This document shows, piece by piece, positions 20,226 to 31,260 of a stretch of 64,000 nt of DNA (within the stretch, counting starts at the first letter, position 1; each line of letters begins with the position of its first letter). The stretch comes from an uncultured bacterium (lineage in GTDB: Bacteria > Acidobacteriota > HRBIN11 > JAKEFK01). The notes under the pieces are model-generated. The model did not search any database. It was given only the letters and a program-made list of their open reading frames with translations, and had not been told where the DNA came from. The translations under genes and the position numbers were made by a program. Location of the stretch: positions 128,001-192,000 of the forward strand of contig CAVZQN010000006.1 of assembly GCA_963777505.1 (NCBI GenBank). The letters run 5' to 3'.

Positions 20226-20776
20226 GTAATGAAGTTCTTGTTTCTGCAGTGGCGCGCCGGTATGCAAAAGCTTTTTTAGATGCAGCGATAAAGCAACGCA
20301 ATTTTACAATCGTGCTGGAAGAGCTGGAGATATTCGATAAACAGCTGCAGGCAGTACCGATACTGCGCGAAGTTTTTCTAAACCCTGCGGTTCCAGAGAA
20401 AAAACGGAATAAGGTTCTTGAAGAGATCGGAAAAAAAGCTACCATGCAGCAACTAACATTGAACCTTCTGCGAACGTTGATTCGCCGCGATCGTTTAAAA
20501 CTATTGCAACAAATCACCGTTTCAGCAGAGTATCAGTTTCTGGATCGGCAGGGGATTGTAGTTGTTGAAGTGATCACTGCCCGGCCACTGGAACCCGATG
20601 AAGAATCGCGGCTGGTTCAAAGTCTTGAGAAATTTACCGGCAAAAAAGTGCAAATCGACAATCATATAGACAAAACATTAATTGGTGGCGCAATCACACG
20701 CATCGGCACAACGATGTATGACGGAAGCATCATCGCGCAACTGGATCAATTGAAAGCAAAAATCGTACAGTCCTGA
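20222..20776 (+). CDS. atpH: ATP synthase F1 subunit delta
   Basis: ARRYAKA, LIGGAITRIG..YDGS. Confidence 0.95.
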   Translation: MSNEVLVSAVARRYAKAFLDAAIKQRNFTIVLEELEIFDKQLQAVPILREVFLNPAVPEKKRNKVLEEIGKKATMQQLTLNLLRTLIRRDRLKLLQQITVSAEYQFLDRQGIVVVEVITARPLEPDEESRLVQSLEKFTGKKVQIDNHIDKTLIGGAITRIGTTMYDGSIIAQLDQLKAKIVQS

Positions 20777-20791
20777 TCGAGGAGGATCATT

Positions 20792-22315
20792 ATGGCAACT
20801 ACAATTCGCCCGGAAGAGATTACATCCATTATTCAGCAAGAGATTGAGGGCTATGAATCTGTTCTGGATGTAAAAGAAATTGGGACTGTGCTTTCAGTTG
20901 GTGACGGAGTTGCACGTATTCATGGCTTGGAAAAGGTCATGTATGGCGAGTTGATTGATTTTCCTCATGGAGTAGTCGGCCTCGCGCTGAACCTTGAAGA
21001 AGATAACGTAGGCGCCGCGTTACTCGGTGATGTTTCTAAGATCAAAAGCGGCGATCAGGTAAAACGTACAACCAGAATCATGGCTGTGCCTGTAGGACCA
21101 GAACTTGTAGGCAGAGTTGTGAACTCAATCGGACAACCTATTGATGGCAAAGGTCCGATCAATACCAAGCAAACACTACCATTGGAAAGAATTGCACCGG
21201 GAATCGTAGATCGGCAGCCGGTTCGTGAACCGTTACAGACTGGAATTAAGGCAATTGATGCAATGATTCCAATCGGCCGTGGCCAGCGCGAGTTGATTAT
21301 TGGCGATCGACAAACAGGCAAAACTGCAGTTGCGCTTGATACTATCATCAATCAAAAAGACAGCGGCGTCATTTGCATTTACGTTGCTATCGGACAGAAG
21401 AATTCAACCATTGCACAGGTTGTAAAAACACTTGCAGAGAATGATGCGATGCGTTACACCATTGTTGTTGCCGCACCTGCAAGCGATCCTGCACCGATGC
21501 TCTATCTTGCTCCCTATGCCGGCTGCGCAATGGGCGAATACTTCCGTGATAACAAGCAGCATGCCCTAACAATTTATGATGATCTTTCAAAGCATGCCGC
21601 TGCATATCGTGAGATTTCGCTTGTACTTCGCCGCCCACCCGGACGCGAAGCATACCCTGGTGATGTCTTCTTTTTACATTCCCGTTTGTTAGAACGTGCT
21701 GCAAAAATGAGCGATGATCGAGGTGCCGGCTCGCTGACTTCGCTTCCGATCATTGAAACTCAAGCCGGCGATATTTCCGCATACATTCCAACGAACGTCA
21801 TTTCAATTACAGATGGACAAATTTATCTTGAATCCGACCTTTTTTATTCAGGCATTCGACCCGCCATAAACGTCGGAAATTCAGTCTCTCGCGTTGGCGG
21901 TGCTGCTCAAATTAAAGCCATGAAACAAAGCGCAGGCATGCTGCGGCTTGACCTCGCACAATATCGCGAACTTGCTGCATTTTCCCAGTTCGGCTCAGAT
22001 CTTGATGCTGCAACTCAACGACAGCTTTCACGCGGCGCACGTTTGACTGAAATCCTGAAACAGGATCAGTACAAACCTCTTCCTGTTGAAAAACAGGTTT
22101 TGATCATCTACGCAGCGACCAATGGTTACCTGGATGATCTTCCGGTCAACGCTGGCCGTAAGTTTGAGGAAGAACTTTACAAGTTCCTTGATACTCAGCG
22201 CCCTCAAGTTCTGAAAATGCTCAACCAAAAAGCGCAGGTTGACGATGAAATGCGGAAAACTTTGGATGAAGCGCTTTCTGATTTCAAAGCGCGATTTGGT
22301 GAAGATAAGAAATAA
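20792..22315 (+). CDS. atpA: ATP synthase F1 subunit alpha
   Basis: [22 protein letters not shown]. Confidence 0.99.
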   Translation: MATTIRPEEITSIIQQEIEGYESVLDVKEIGTVLSVGDGVARIHGLEKVMYGELIDFPHGVVGLALNLEEDNVGAALLGDVSKIKSGDQVKRTTRIMAVPVGPELVGRVVNSIGQPIDGKGPINTKQTLPLERIAPGIVDRQPVREPLQTGIKAIDAMIPIGRGQRELIIGDRQTGKTAVALDTIINQKDSGVICIYVAIGQKNSTIAQVVKTLAENDAMRYTIVVAAPASDPAPMLYLAPYAGCAMGEYFRDNKQHALTIYDDLSKHAAAYREISLVLRRPPGREAYPGDVFFLHSRLLERAAKMSDDRGAGSLTSLPIIETQAGDISAYIPTNVISITDGQIYLESDLFYSGIRPAINVGNSVSRVGGAAQIKAMKQSAGMLRLDLAQYRELAAFSQFGSDLDAATQRQLSRGARLTEILKQDQYKPLPVEKQVLIIYAATNGYLDDLPVNAGRKFEEELYKFLDTQRPQVLKMLNQKAQVDDEMRKTLDEALSDFKARFGEDKK

Positions 22316-22317
22316 AT

Positions 22318-23175
22318 ATGGCAACACTGATTGATCTTCGTAGAAGAATTCGCAGCGTAAAGAATACGCAACAAATTACGAAAGCCATGAAAATGGTATC
22401 TGCCGCTAAACTCCGTCGCGCACAGGACCGCATGTTTGCTTCACGCCCGTATGCGGCGAAATTGCTGGAAGTACTTTCAAGTCTGGCGACTCGCGCAAAT
22501 CCGGAGAACCATCCGCTACTAAAAGAAAAAGGGGACCAGAATGTTGAGTTGATGCTGGTTACAGCCGATCGTGGACTGTGCGGCTCTTTTAATGCGAACT
22601 TAATTAAAGCAGCCTTACATTTTCTCGATCAACGCAAAAATTACAACCTCAGCCTTCACCTTGCTGGACGTAAAGGCGTGGATTATTTCAAGAAGCGCAA
22701 ATATATCATCACACACCAATACACAAATATTTTTAAACAGGTTCGTTTTGAACATGCAAAAGAGATTTCGGAAAAAACAATTCGCGCATACACCGAAGGA
22801 CATTTAGACGCGATCTATATTGTTTATAACGAATTCAAGACGACTCTTTCGCAGAGAGTCGTTGTTCGAAGATTGCTTCCGTTAGAACGATTGCCGGAAC
22901 CGAGTTCTGAACAAACTCTGGATTACATTTATGAACCCGATCCTGAAACGATCTTCGATCGGTTGCTTCCGCACTATTTAGAATTCGAAATTTTTCAGGC
23001 TTTGCTGGAATCCTCTGCAGCAGAGCATGCAGCCCGAATGGCTTCAATGGATTCGGCCACCAAGAATGCAAAGGACATGATTGAATCATTGACCCTAACG
23101 ATGAACAAGATACGTCAGGCAGCAATCACAAAAGAAATTATTGAAGTTGTCAGCGGGGCAGAAGGCCTCGGTTAA
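22318..23175 (+). CDS. atpG: ATP synthase F1 subunit gamma
   Basis: ITKAMKMVSAAK, DRGLCG, RQAAITKEI. Confidence 0.99.
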   Translation: MATLIDLRRRIRSVKNTQQITKAMKMVSAAKLRRAQDRMFASRPYAAKLLEVLSSLATRANPENHPLLKEKGDQNVELMLVTADRGLCGSFNANLIKAALHFLDQRKNYNLSLHLAGRKGVDYFKKRKYIITHQYTNIFKQVRFEHAKEISEKTIRAYTEGHLDAIYIVYNEFKTTLSQRVVVRRLLPLERLPEPSSEQTLDYIYEPDPETIFDRLLPHYLEFEIFQALLESSAAEHAARMASMDSATKNAKDMIESLTLTMNKIRQAAITKEIIEVVSGAEGLG

Positions 23176-23195
23176 GTAGTAAGGCACGCAGCTGA

Positions 23196-24662
<1,467 letters not shown>

Positions 24663-24664
24663 GA

Positions 24665-25084
24665 ATGGCCGCTCCTACACTTCCTACCAAAATTAAGTTG
24701 GAGATCGTAACTCCCGAACGGCTGCTTTTGTCGGAAGAAGTCGATGAAGTTACAATTCCCGGTTCGGAAGGTTATTTGGGAATACTTCCAGGACATCTTC
24801 CTTTGCTTACAACAATCGGAACCGGTGTTTTAAGTTATCGTAAGGGAAACCAGAAAACGTCTCTGGCGGCAAGTGGTGGATTTGCCGAAGTGCTTCCTGA
24901 TCGCGTCATTATCATGGCCGATAGCGTGGAACGTGCCGATGAGATCGATGTCTCTAGAGCCAGAGCGGCAAAGGAAAAAGCTGAGCGACAACTTGCAAGC
25001 AAAGAAGATGTGAATGTTGAGGAAACAATGGCATCCATGATGCGTGCTTTATCGCGGATTGAAGTTGCCGAATCCTCCAAGTGA
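24665..25084 (+). CDS. atpC: ATP synthase F1 subunit epsilon
   Basis: EIVTPE, GILPGHLP, GGFAEV. Confidence 0.97.
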   Translation: MAAPTLPTKIKLEIVTPERLLLSEEVDEVTIPGSEGYLGILPGHLPLLTTIGTGVLSYRKGNQKTSLAASGGFAEVLPDRVIIMADSVERADEIDVSRARAAKEKAERQLASKEDVNVEETMASMMRALSRIEVAESSK

Positions 25085-25085
25085 T

Positions 25086-25105
25086 CTCAGTGTCTTTGCG
25101 GTAAA
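25086..25105 (+). repeat. Junction repeat family A copy (CTCAGTGTCTTTGCGGTAAA)
   Basis: Starts 2 bp after the atpC stop; nearly identical to the copy at 60115. Confidence 0.75.
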
Positions 25106-25111
25106 AAAACC

Positions 25112-26122
25112 ATGTTACGCAACTTAATGCATCGTTGGGAAATCAGACTTTCTAAAGTTGATACGAATCGTGTCACTCTTCCCTTTGAATGGGGACTTGA
25201 GTATTTGAATCACGGCTCTTATCAGGACCGGGAGCCATTAAGTGAATTTCTGCGTTTCAACAAAACCTCCATTGAACGCAGCGATGAATTCTTCAATCCT
25301 GGAGCAACACCTGAATTTCATGAAACTGAAAATCGACTGACATTTCAAAGCTCAATTCAAAGTCCGTTTGCCGAAAACAACACGGCAGCTTGCACAATTT
25401 TTCGTCCAGCAAAACCGAATGGCGCGGCAGTTATTGTAGTTCCACAATGGAATGCTTCAGAAGAGAGTCATATCGCATTATCCAGAATGATTTCACGTTT
25501 TGGCTTCACGACATTGCGATTAACTCTTCCCTATCATGAAGAACGGAATCCAATGAAGCCTCGTGCCGATTATTTTGTGAGTCCTAATCTGGGAAGGACA
25601 ATTCAAGCGATGCAGCAATCCGTACATGATGTGCGGCAAGCTGCTGATTGGCTGCAGCAGCAAGGATTTCAACGTCTTGGCATTATGGGAAGCAGTATCG
25701 GTTCTTGTATCGCCTTTTTAACATTCTTACACGATGAACGATTCCAAACAGGTGTCTTTAACCATGTGTCAAGTTTCTTTGGCAAAGTTGTCTGGAACGG
25801 AATCAGTACGAAACATGTGAAATCCGGATTAGAGACGAATATTCGCGAAGAGGAACTTCATGAAGTTTGGTCGATATTAAGCCCGAATGTTCATGTAGGA
25901 AGAAAAAGAATTGCGAATCCAGGGAAACGGTTTTTTATATCTGCATTGTATGATCTAACATTTCCAAGAGATCTGGCCGAACTCCTTTTTAAGGAACATG
26001 ATAAATATGATGTGCCGTATGAAATGGCCTCACTTCCATGCGGACATTATTCAAGCGCTCACTGGCCATTTAAATATTTAGATGGCTACTTAATCACCAA
26101 CTACCTCCGTAAAAATTTGTAA
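25112..26122 (+). CDS. Alpha/beta-hydrolase fold protein
   Basis: Nucleophile elbow GSSIG, candidate Asp (YDLTF) and His (CGHY). Confidence 0.8.
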   Translation: MLRNLMHRWEIRLSKVDTNRVTLPFEWGLEYLNHGSYQDREPLSEFLRFNKTSIERSDEFFNPGATPEFHETENRLTFQSSIQSPFAENNTAACTIFRPAKPNGAAVIVVPQWNASEESHIALSRMISRFGFTTLRLTLPYHEERNPMKPRADYFVSPNLGRTIQAMQQSVHDVRQAADWLQQQGFQRLGIMGSSIGSCIAFLTFLHDERFQTGVFNHVSSFFGKVVWNGISTKHVKSGLETNIREEELHEVWSILSPNVHVGRKRIANPGKRFFISALYDLTFPRDLAELLFKEHDKYDVPYEMASLPCGHYSSAHWPFKYLDGYLITNYLRKNL

Positions 26123-26143
26123 CTTCTGAGTCTCTGTGGTAAA
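26123..26143 (+). repeat. Junction repeat family A copy (CTTCTGAGTCTCTGTGGTAAA), followed by a REP-like remnant at 26150-26173
   Basis: Immediately after the hydrolase stop codon. Confidence 0.65.
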
Positions 26144-26182
26144 CCTTAAGGCCGACAAGATGCCGGGCGTTACAAACCGCTA

Positions 26183-26881
26183 TCAGACTTGTTTCTTCAC
26201 TTCGGTGCCGATGAAACCTGAGCTCAAATCGATCACAGCATGCAATAAAATCGGGCCTGCTAAAGATCCGGACCACAAGTAGAGTCCTACCATCACGATC
26301 GACATCAGTGTTGTTTTAACAATGCCTTCCTTTCCTTGATATGCATGGGCAAGTCCGAAGATCAATATTGAAACTATAGCTGCCGCAAGCCAGGGCATAT
26401 ATGCACTGGTATACCACAACAAAAAACCACGATAGAGTAATTCTTCGCAAAAACCTGCAGTGAGTGCGCAAGCGAAAAACAATCTTCGTTCCGATTCTGA
26501 TTCCGGGATCAACTCAGCGACAGGTTCGATTTGTTTTTTCAGCGAATCAGGGATTGCTCCTTTCAAATTCCGTACATCAATCCATTGCTTTATGAAGAAA
26601 ATGCAGCCCAGCAACGCGAATACCATACTGGACGCAGTACGGAAGTTCAAAGGAAAACTGAAGCCGAGGTCGGTGAATGTTCTTCCGCGGTACCACCACA
26701 AGAAAGCCAATACGACAGCGAGAGACCACTCAAGCACAAGCGTTTGGATGTACGCATTTCTTAATGCGAAGGTTTTTTTGTGAGCAAGCTCTTTTCGAAA
26801 TGCTTTCCAGGAATAAGAAGAATACACCGGAATAACAATCGTAATTAGAACGATAAGAAGATGATCGGCGATTGAAGGCAT
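26183..26881 (-). CDS. CPBP (Abi/CAAX) family intramembrane glutamic endopeptidase
   Basis: EELLYRG, FGLAH, H-x3-D (LHAVID) motifs; multiple TMs. Confidence 0.92.
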   Translation of the reverse strand: MPSIADHLLIVLITIVIPVYSSYSWKAFRKELAHKKTFALRNAYIQTLVLEWSLAVVLAFLWWYRGRTFTDLGFSFPLNFRTASSMVFALLGCIFFIKQWIDVRNLKGAIPDSLKKQIEPVAELIPESESERRLFFACALTAGFCEELLYRGFLLWYTSAYMPWLAAAIVSILIFGLAHAYQGKEGIVKTTLMSIVMVGLYLWSGSLAGPILLHAVIDLSSGFIGTEVKKQV

Positions 26882-26884
26882 TGC

Positions 26885-27448
26885 TCAGGTTGAAATGCGG
26901 CAAGGTGTCAGTACGATCGTGAGTGCGAAAAGCTTACCTTCCGAACTACGCCCTTTTTTGCGAAGAATTTGCTCAATCTTTTGAATGTGTTTGTTCACTG
27001 ATCGCAATGTATTTGGCAAGCATCGTCCCTTTAATCGAACGGCATACACTTCGCGGTCCTGTCCATTTTGTTTTGCCCCTGATGAAAGAGCCTCAGAAAC
27101 TTCTCGCGAAGTGACATGAAAAACCGAATCAAGCGATCTTTTTGCCGCCAGGACAGCAGCAGGGGATTTTCGATCTGGATCCAGAAAAATTTTCTGAGAA
27201 GTAAGACTGTAAACTGCCTCCTTCTTTTTCTTTCCCTCTCTGACTGCACGTACGATCCCCGGCTGGATCAATGTTTTCATGTGATGATACAAAGAATGTG
27301 GCGTTCTTCCCAGTCTTTTGGCCAGCTCTGCAATTGTGGCTGGTCCTGCATCATCGAGTGAGGAAATGATTTCCATGCGATGAGCCGAAGTTAATGCCTT
27401 AAAGTACCTTGGGTTGCGAATGATCAAAAGTTTCTTCTCGGTTCCCAT
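26885..27448 (-). CDS. ArsR-like winged HTH transcriptional regulator
   Basis: ALTSAHRMEII..L, ATIAELAKRLG..PHSLYHHMKTL...GIV. Confidence 0.85.
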   Translation of the reverse strand: MGTEKKLLIIRNPRYFKALTSAHRMEIISSLDDAGPATIAELAKRLGRTPHSLYHHMKTLIQPGIVRAVREGKKKKEAVYSLTSQKIFLDPDRKSPAAVLAAKRSLDSVFHVTSREVSEALSSGAKQNGQDREVYAVRLKGRCLPNTLRSVNKHIQKIEQILRKKGRSSEGKLFALTIVLTPCRIST

Positions 27449-27465
27449 ATTTAGAAATAAATCAA

Positions 27466-27497
27466 ATTATTAAAATTTTGTCAAATTTTTTAATAAT
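27466..27497. promoter_or_regulatory. Inverted repeat (ATTATTAAAA-N12-TTTTAATAAT) around a minus-strand TTGACA; candidate autoregulatory operator
   Basis: Perfect 10-bp arms 18-49 bp upstream of the HTH gene start. The region is AT-rich, so a chance match is possible. Confidence 0.5.
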
Positions 27498-27616
27498 CTC
27501 AAGGTATTGTCCGGATCTATGGGATCGTATTTCCTGAAACGGGTAGGTGAAAGCAACATTTCATTGAATTGGCCGACCTTATACAATAGACACTGACGCT
27601 CACGCTCCTATTTGAT

Positions 27617-30181
27617 ATGGCTAAATCGAAGAAGGATCCGTATCTCGGTTCGCGGATCCGTGAATACGAAATTTTGGAGTCGATCGGGCGGGGAGGAATG
27701 GGCGCGGTCTATCGAGCCCGTCATGTTTATCTCGACACTGAGCGGGCAATAAAAGTTGTTCATCGCAGCCTTACGGAAAGCAAAGATTTTGTCCAACGAT
27801 TTATCCGGGAGGCGAAAGTCCTCAGCCAGCTGAATCACCCCAATGTAGTTGAACTCTATGACTTCGGAATGCTGGATGAAACCACGTTTTTCATGGTCAT
27901 GGAACTGATCAATGGCGAAACAGTCATTGAACGGATTCAAAAACGAACACGTCTTCCTGCTGAAGATTCAATCCGGATCATTCGTGAAGCTGCATTAGGT
28001 TTAAGCAGTGCTCACAGTAAAGGAATTATTCACAGAGATATTTCACCCGACAATCTAATCCTTGTTCGGGATGCCAATGGTATTGAAGTTACGAAAGTTG
28101 TTGATTTCGGAATTGCAAAACCATTGCATGAAGATACCGGACGTTTCACGATGACAAACTTTTTCATCGGAAAGCCGGAATATTCAAGTCCTGAGCAATG
28201 TGGAACACTGAAAGACGGTGAAAATTTAGATCAACGATCAGATATTTATTCACTTGGTGTCACGTTTTATCAAATGCTAACTGGCCGCTTACCATTCGTT
28301 GCATCGACACCTCAAGGTTATTTGCTGAAACATGCCCATGAACCTCCGCAGTCTCCTTCTTCTTACCTTTCTTATGGAGAAATTGCGCCGTCTCTAGATC
28401 AAATTGTGATGAAGGCTCTGAGCAAAAATCGAGAAGACCGTCATCGGAGCCTTGAAGCGTTCGTTGAAGAACTGGACAACATTTCATTTACTGAAGGTCC
28501 GACAATGACATCACTTGATCAGAAACAAATCATTGCACAGCGTCAAAAACCGAAGGATGAAACTGTACGAGCCGACCGTGACTCATTAATGCCGCCATTT
28601 AATTTCACAACGCAGGATCTTGCGGAAATTAATGCGCCAACAGAACGCGTTCCAACTCAGTCGCCAGATGAGGAATATGCTGCAACGGCTCCATTGCCAA
28701 AGGCTTCCCGATTGAAGTCCAAATCGACTGGAGTTGCGCCTGCGATTTTAGTGAGTGCTTTACTTTTTTGTTTGATCGCAGGCGGGGGTTTTTTTCTTTA
28801 CAAACAGTTATCCGGAAAGGACTCCAAGATCTCCCAAAAGGACTCGAAGATTCCCGAAAAAGACTTGAAAATTCAGAACGATGAGATCCTTGTTGCGGCT
28901 GAACAGGCTTTACAATCAGGAAACGATGTTAGAGCTGAAGAATTATTGAGGCAGGCTGAATTAGAAAAACAGCCGGGGCAGGAAGATCGTTTAACTCGTG
29001 TTCGTGAAGGGATTGCTGCTTTAAGGAAACAACGGCAACTGGAAGAAGGATCAATCCTGCTGAAAGCAGCAAAGGAAAAGATAGCTGCCGGAAACCTGAA
29101 AGAAGCTTCAGCAGACATTGCTAAACTGAAAAGTTTAAACATGCCTGAACTTCAAACGGAAATTGAATCAGCCAATTTAGAAATAGAAAAGCGTCAAAAA
29201 GAGTTATCTTCGCAAAAAAAAGCGAACGAAATGTTCGACGATATCCAAAAAGCACTTGAAACAGGAAACATAGAACAATCTGAATCGAAGTTAAAAGATT
29301 TTCAATCAGGCAAATTTCCCGGCTTTGAAAAACAAAAAGCGCTTGTCGAAAAACAAATTGCAGAAGCTAAAAGGCAGGCAAGTCTTGAAAAGGGGAATCA
29401 ACTTCTGGATGAAGCGGAAAATTTTCTTCAGCGGCAAAGGCCCGATCAGGCCGCAGAGCGGATTGAAAGCGCGCGAGAACTGCAGATAGCTTCATTAAAT
29501 TCACGGATCGATTCACTCTCCGCGCGTCTAAATTCTTTGCAAAAGTCCAACGACGAAATCCGGCTCAAAGCGCAAAGCTTGTTAAGCAGCGCACGTTTGT
29601 TAATTCAGGTAGGACAATTCGCACAGGCTCAGGAATGGATTACTCAAGCTCGTTCTCTGAATGTTCCGGAGCTCCAGCCGGAGATCGAATCGTTAAGCAA
29701 ACAACTCAAAGCATCACAGCTGCGTACAACTTCAATTGGCGGCATTGAGGCAACTGAAGATGCGATAAAACGCGGGGACTGGATTGAAGCGGAAAAAATA
29801 TTGAAGAGTGTTCGAAATAAACCACCGGCAGGATCGGCCGCTCGTATCGATGAATTGAACCGTCAGATTCTTTCTTTGCGTCCGTATGTTGGATTCGGGG
29901 TTCGCAAGAAGTGGGAACAAGCTGATCGTGCCAGGCACGGTGTTGATTTCGGAGCGGTTGTTGCCAAAATTGATCGAGGTTCACCCGCGGAGCAAGCCGG
30001 ATTAAGAACGGGAGATGTGATCGTAGAATACAACGGCACTGTTCTTGTGAATGACTCTCAGCTTCCCTGGTTAGGCGCGTATTCTAAGCCTGGCAGTGAG
30101 TTAATTCTAAAGATAATTCGCACAGGACAACCACTGACAATTCGGATTCGAGTTATTTCGATGCTTGCGTCGCAGGGTTAA
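27617..30181 (+). CDS. Membrane Ser/Thr protein kinase with extracytoplasmic helical repeats and a C-terminal PDZ domain
   Basis: IGRGGMGAVY, HRDISPDN, DFGIAK, YSSPEQ; TM ILVSALLFCLIAGGGFFLY; PDZ GSPAEQAGLRTGDVIVEYNG. Confidence 0.92.
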   Translation: MAKSKKDPYLGSRIREYEILESIGRGGMGAVYRARHVYLDTERAIKVVHRSLTESKDFVQRFIREAKVLSQLNHPNVVELYDFGMLDETTFFMVMELINGETVIERIQKRTRLPAEDSIRIIREAALGLSSAHSKGIIHRDISPDNLILVRDANGIEVTKVVDFGIAKPLHEDTGRFTMTNFFIGKPEYSSPEQCGTLKDGENLDQRSDIYSLGVTFYQMLTGRLPFVASTPQGYLLKHAHEPPQSPSSYLSYGEIAPSLDQIVMKALSKNREDRHRSLEAFVEELDNISFTEGPTMTSLDQKQIIAQRQKPKDETVRADRDSLMPPFNFTTQDLAEINAPTERVPTQSPDEEYAATAPLPKASRLKSKSTGVAPAILVSALLFCLIAGGGFFLYKQLSGKDSKISQKDSKIPEKDLKIQNDEILVAAEQALQSGNDVRAEELLRQAELEKQPGQEDRLTRVREGIAALRKQRQLEEGSILLKAAKEKIAAGNLKEASADIAKLKSLNMPELQTEIESANLEIEKRQKELSSQKKANEMFDDIQKALETGNIEQSESKLKDFQSGKFPGFEKQKALVEKQIAEAKRQASLEKGNQLLDEAENFLQRQRPDQAAERIESARELQIASLNSRIDSLSARLNSLQKSNDEIRLKAQSLLSSARLLIQVGQFAQAQEWITQARSLNVPELQPEIESLSKQLKASQLRTTSIGGIEATEDAIKRGDWIEAEKILKSVRNKPPAGSAARIDELNRQILSLRPYVGFGVRKKWEQADRARHGVDFGAVVAKIDRGSPAEQAGLRTGDVIVEYNGTVLVNDSQLPWLGAYSKPGSELILKIIRTGQPLTIRIRVISMLASQG
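28817..28879 (+). repeat. Degenerate 21-bp coding tandem repeat x3 (KDSKISQ/KDSKIPE/KDLKIQN)
   Basis: Visible in both DNA and protein just after the kinase TM helix. Confidence 0.7.
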
Positions 30182-31215
30182 TCCTTCTTCTTTTCCAGCT
30201 TTTTCTCAAGCTCTGCGATCTTTGCCTGAAGATTTTGAAGGTCACGAAGCATATCGGGAAGGCGTCCGAAAACGGCACTTGATTTTAACCACGAACGGTT
30301 GTCGATTGCTGGATAACCGGAAATTAAGCTATCTTCTTTTACTGAATTTGGAATTCCTGTTTGTGCTGTTGCGACAGTGTTATCTCCAATTTCAAGATGT
30401 CCGGCAACACCTACCTGGCCTGATAAAATAACATTTTTTCCAATTGTCGTTGTTCCCGCCAATCCAACCTGCGCGCATAAAATGGAATTTTCGCCAATAT
30501 CCGAAGCGTGCCCTATCTGCACAAGATTATCGATTTTGACGCCTTTTCGAAGTCGCGTTTCACCGATGGCCGGCCGATCGATGCAAGAGTTTGCACCGAC
30601 TTCAACGTCATCTTCAATGACAATCTTTCCAGTTTGAATGATCTTGTAATGCTGGCCATCTTTCTGTTTCGCAAATCCGAAACCTTCACTTCCAATGACT
30701 GCGCCATTCTTAACGTAAACCCGATTTCCGATCTCCACATCTTCGCGAATTGATGTATGCGAATGAATCACGCAGCTTGTTCCGATTTTAGCTCCACGCG
30801 AAATTGTGACATGAGGGAATATGTAGCAGTTATCGCCAATGACAACATCTTCATCAATACAAGCAAACGGCCCGATATAAACATTTGTTCCGATTTTTGC
30901 AGACTTCGCGATCCGTGCATCAGCCGAAATCGCGAGTATTGGACGATAAGGCGTGTAAAAAAGCTCGAGGGCTTTGGCATACGTAAGATAAGGGTTTTCA
31001 TGACGCAATACATTCCGGCCATTCACTTCCGTTTTATAGTCCGCAATGACTGCTCCTGCCTTACTTTCTTTCAGTCGTGAAACGTATTTGCGGTTTGCGA
31101 TAAAAGTTAACATTCTGGGAGTGGCTGTTTCAATCCGGTCCACACCGAGGATTTCAAAATTGGGATCGCCTTCTAACTTGCACTTCAAGATCTGGGCAAT
31201 TTCATTCAATCGCAT
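30178..31215 (-). CDS. lpxD: UDP-3-O-(3-hydroxyacyl)glucosamine N-acyltransferase
   Basis: Hexapeptide repeats, GSEGFGFA, KIDNLVQIGH. Confidence 0.96.
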   Translation of the reverse strand: MRLNEIAQILKCKLEGDPNFEILGVDRIETATPRMLTFIANRKYVSRLKESKAGAVIADYKTEVNGRNVLRHENPYLTYAKALELFYTPYRPILAISADARIAKSAKIGTNVYIGPFACIDEDVVIGDNCYIFPHVTISRGAKIGTSCVIHSHTSIREDVEIGNRVYVKNGAVIGSEGFGFAKQKDGQHYKIIQTGKIVIEDDVEVGANSCIDRPAIGETRLRKGVKIDNLVQIGHASDIGENSILCAQVGLAGTTTIGKNVILSGQVGVAGHLEIGDNTVATAQTGIPNSVKEDSLISGYPAIDNRSWLKSSAVFGRLPDMLRDLQNLQAKIAELEKKLEKKKD

Positions 31216-31226
31216 GATACATTTAT

Positions 31227-31254
31227 TTCACCACAAAGACACAAAGTACACTAG
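31227..31254 (-). repeat. Junction repeat family A copy (CTAGTGTACTTTGTGTCTTTGTGGTGAA on the minus strand)
   Basis: Longest copy, showing the 9-bp periodicity; just downstream of the ptsI stop. Confidence 0.75.
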
Positions 31255-31260
31255 TGATCA

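Noticed and set aside
26183-26881. Abi-domain protein as a phage abortive-infection system
   Set aside because: The motifs are those of CPBP intramembrane proteases, and there is no defence-island context.
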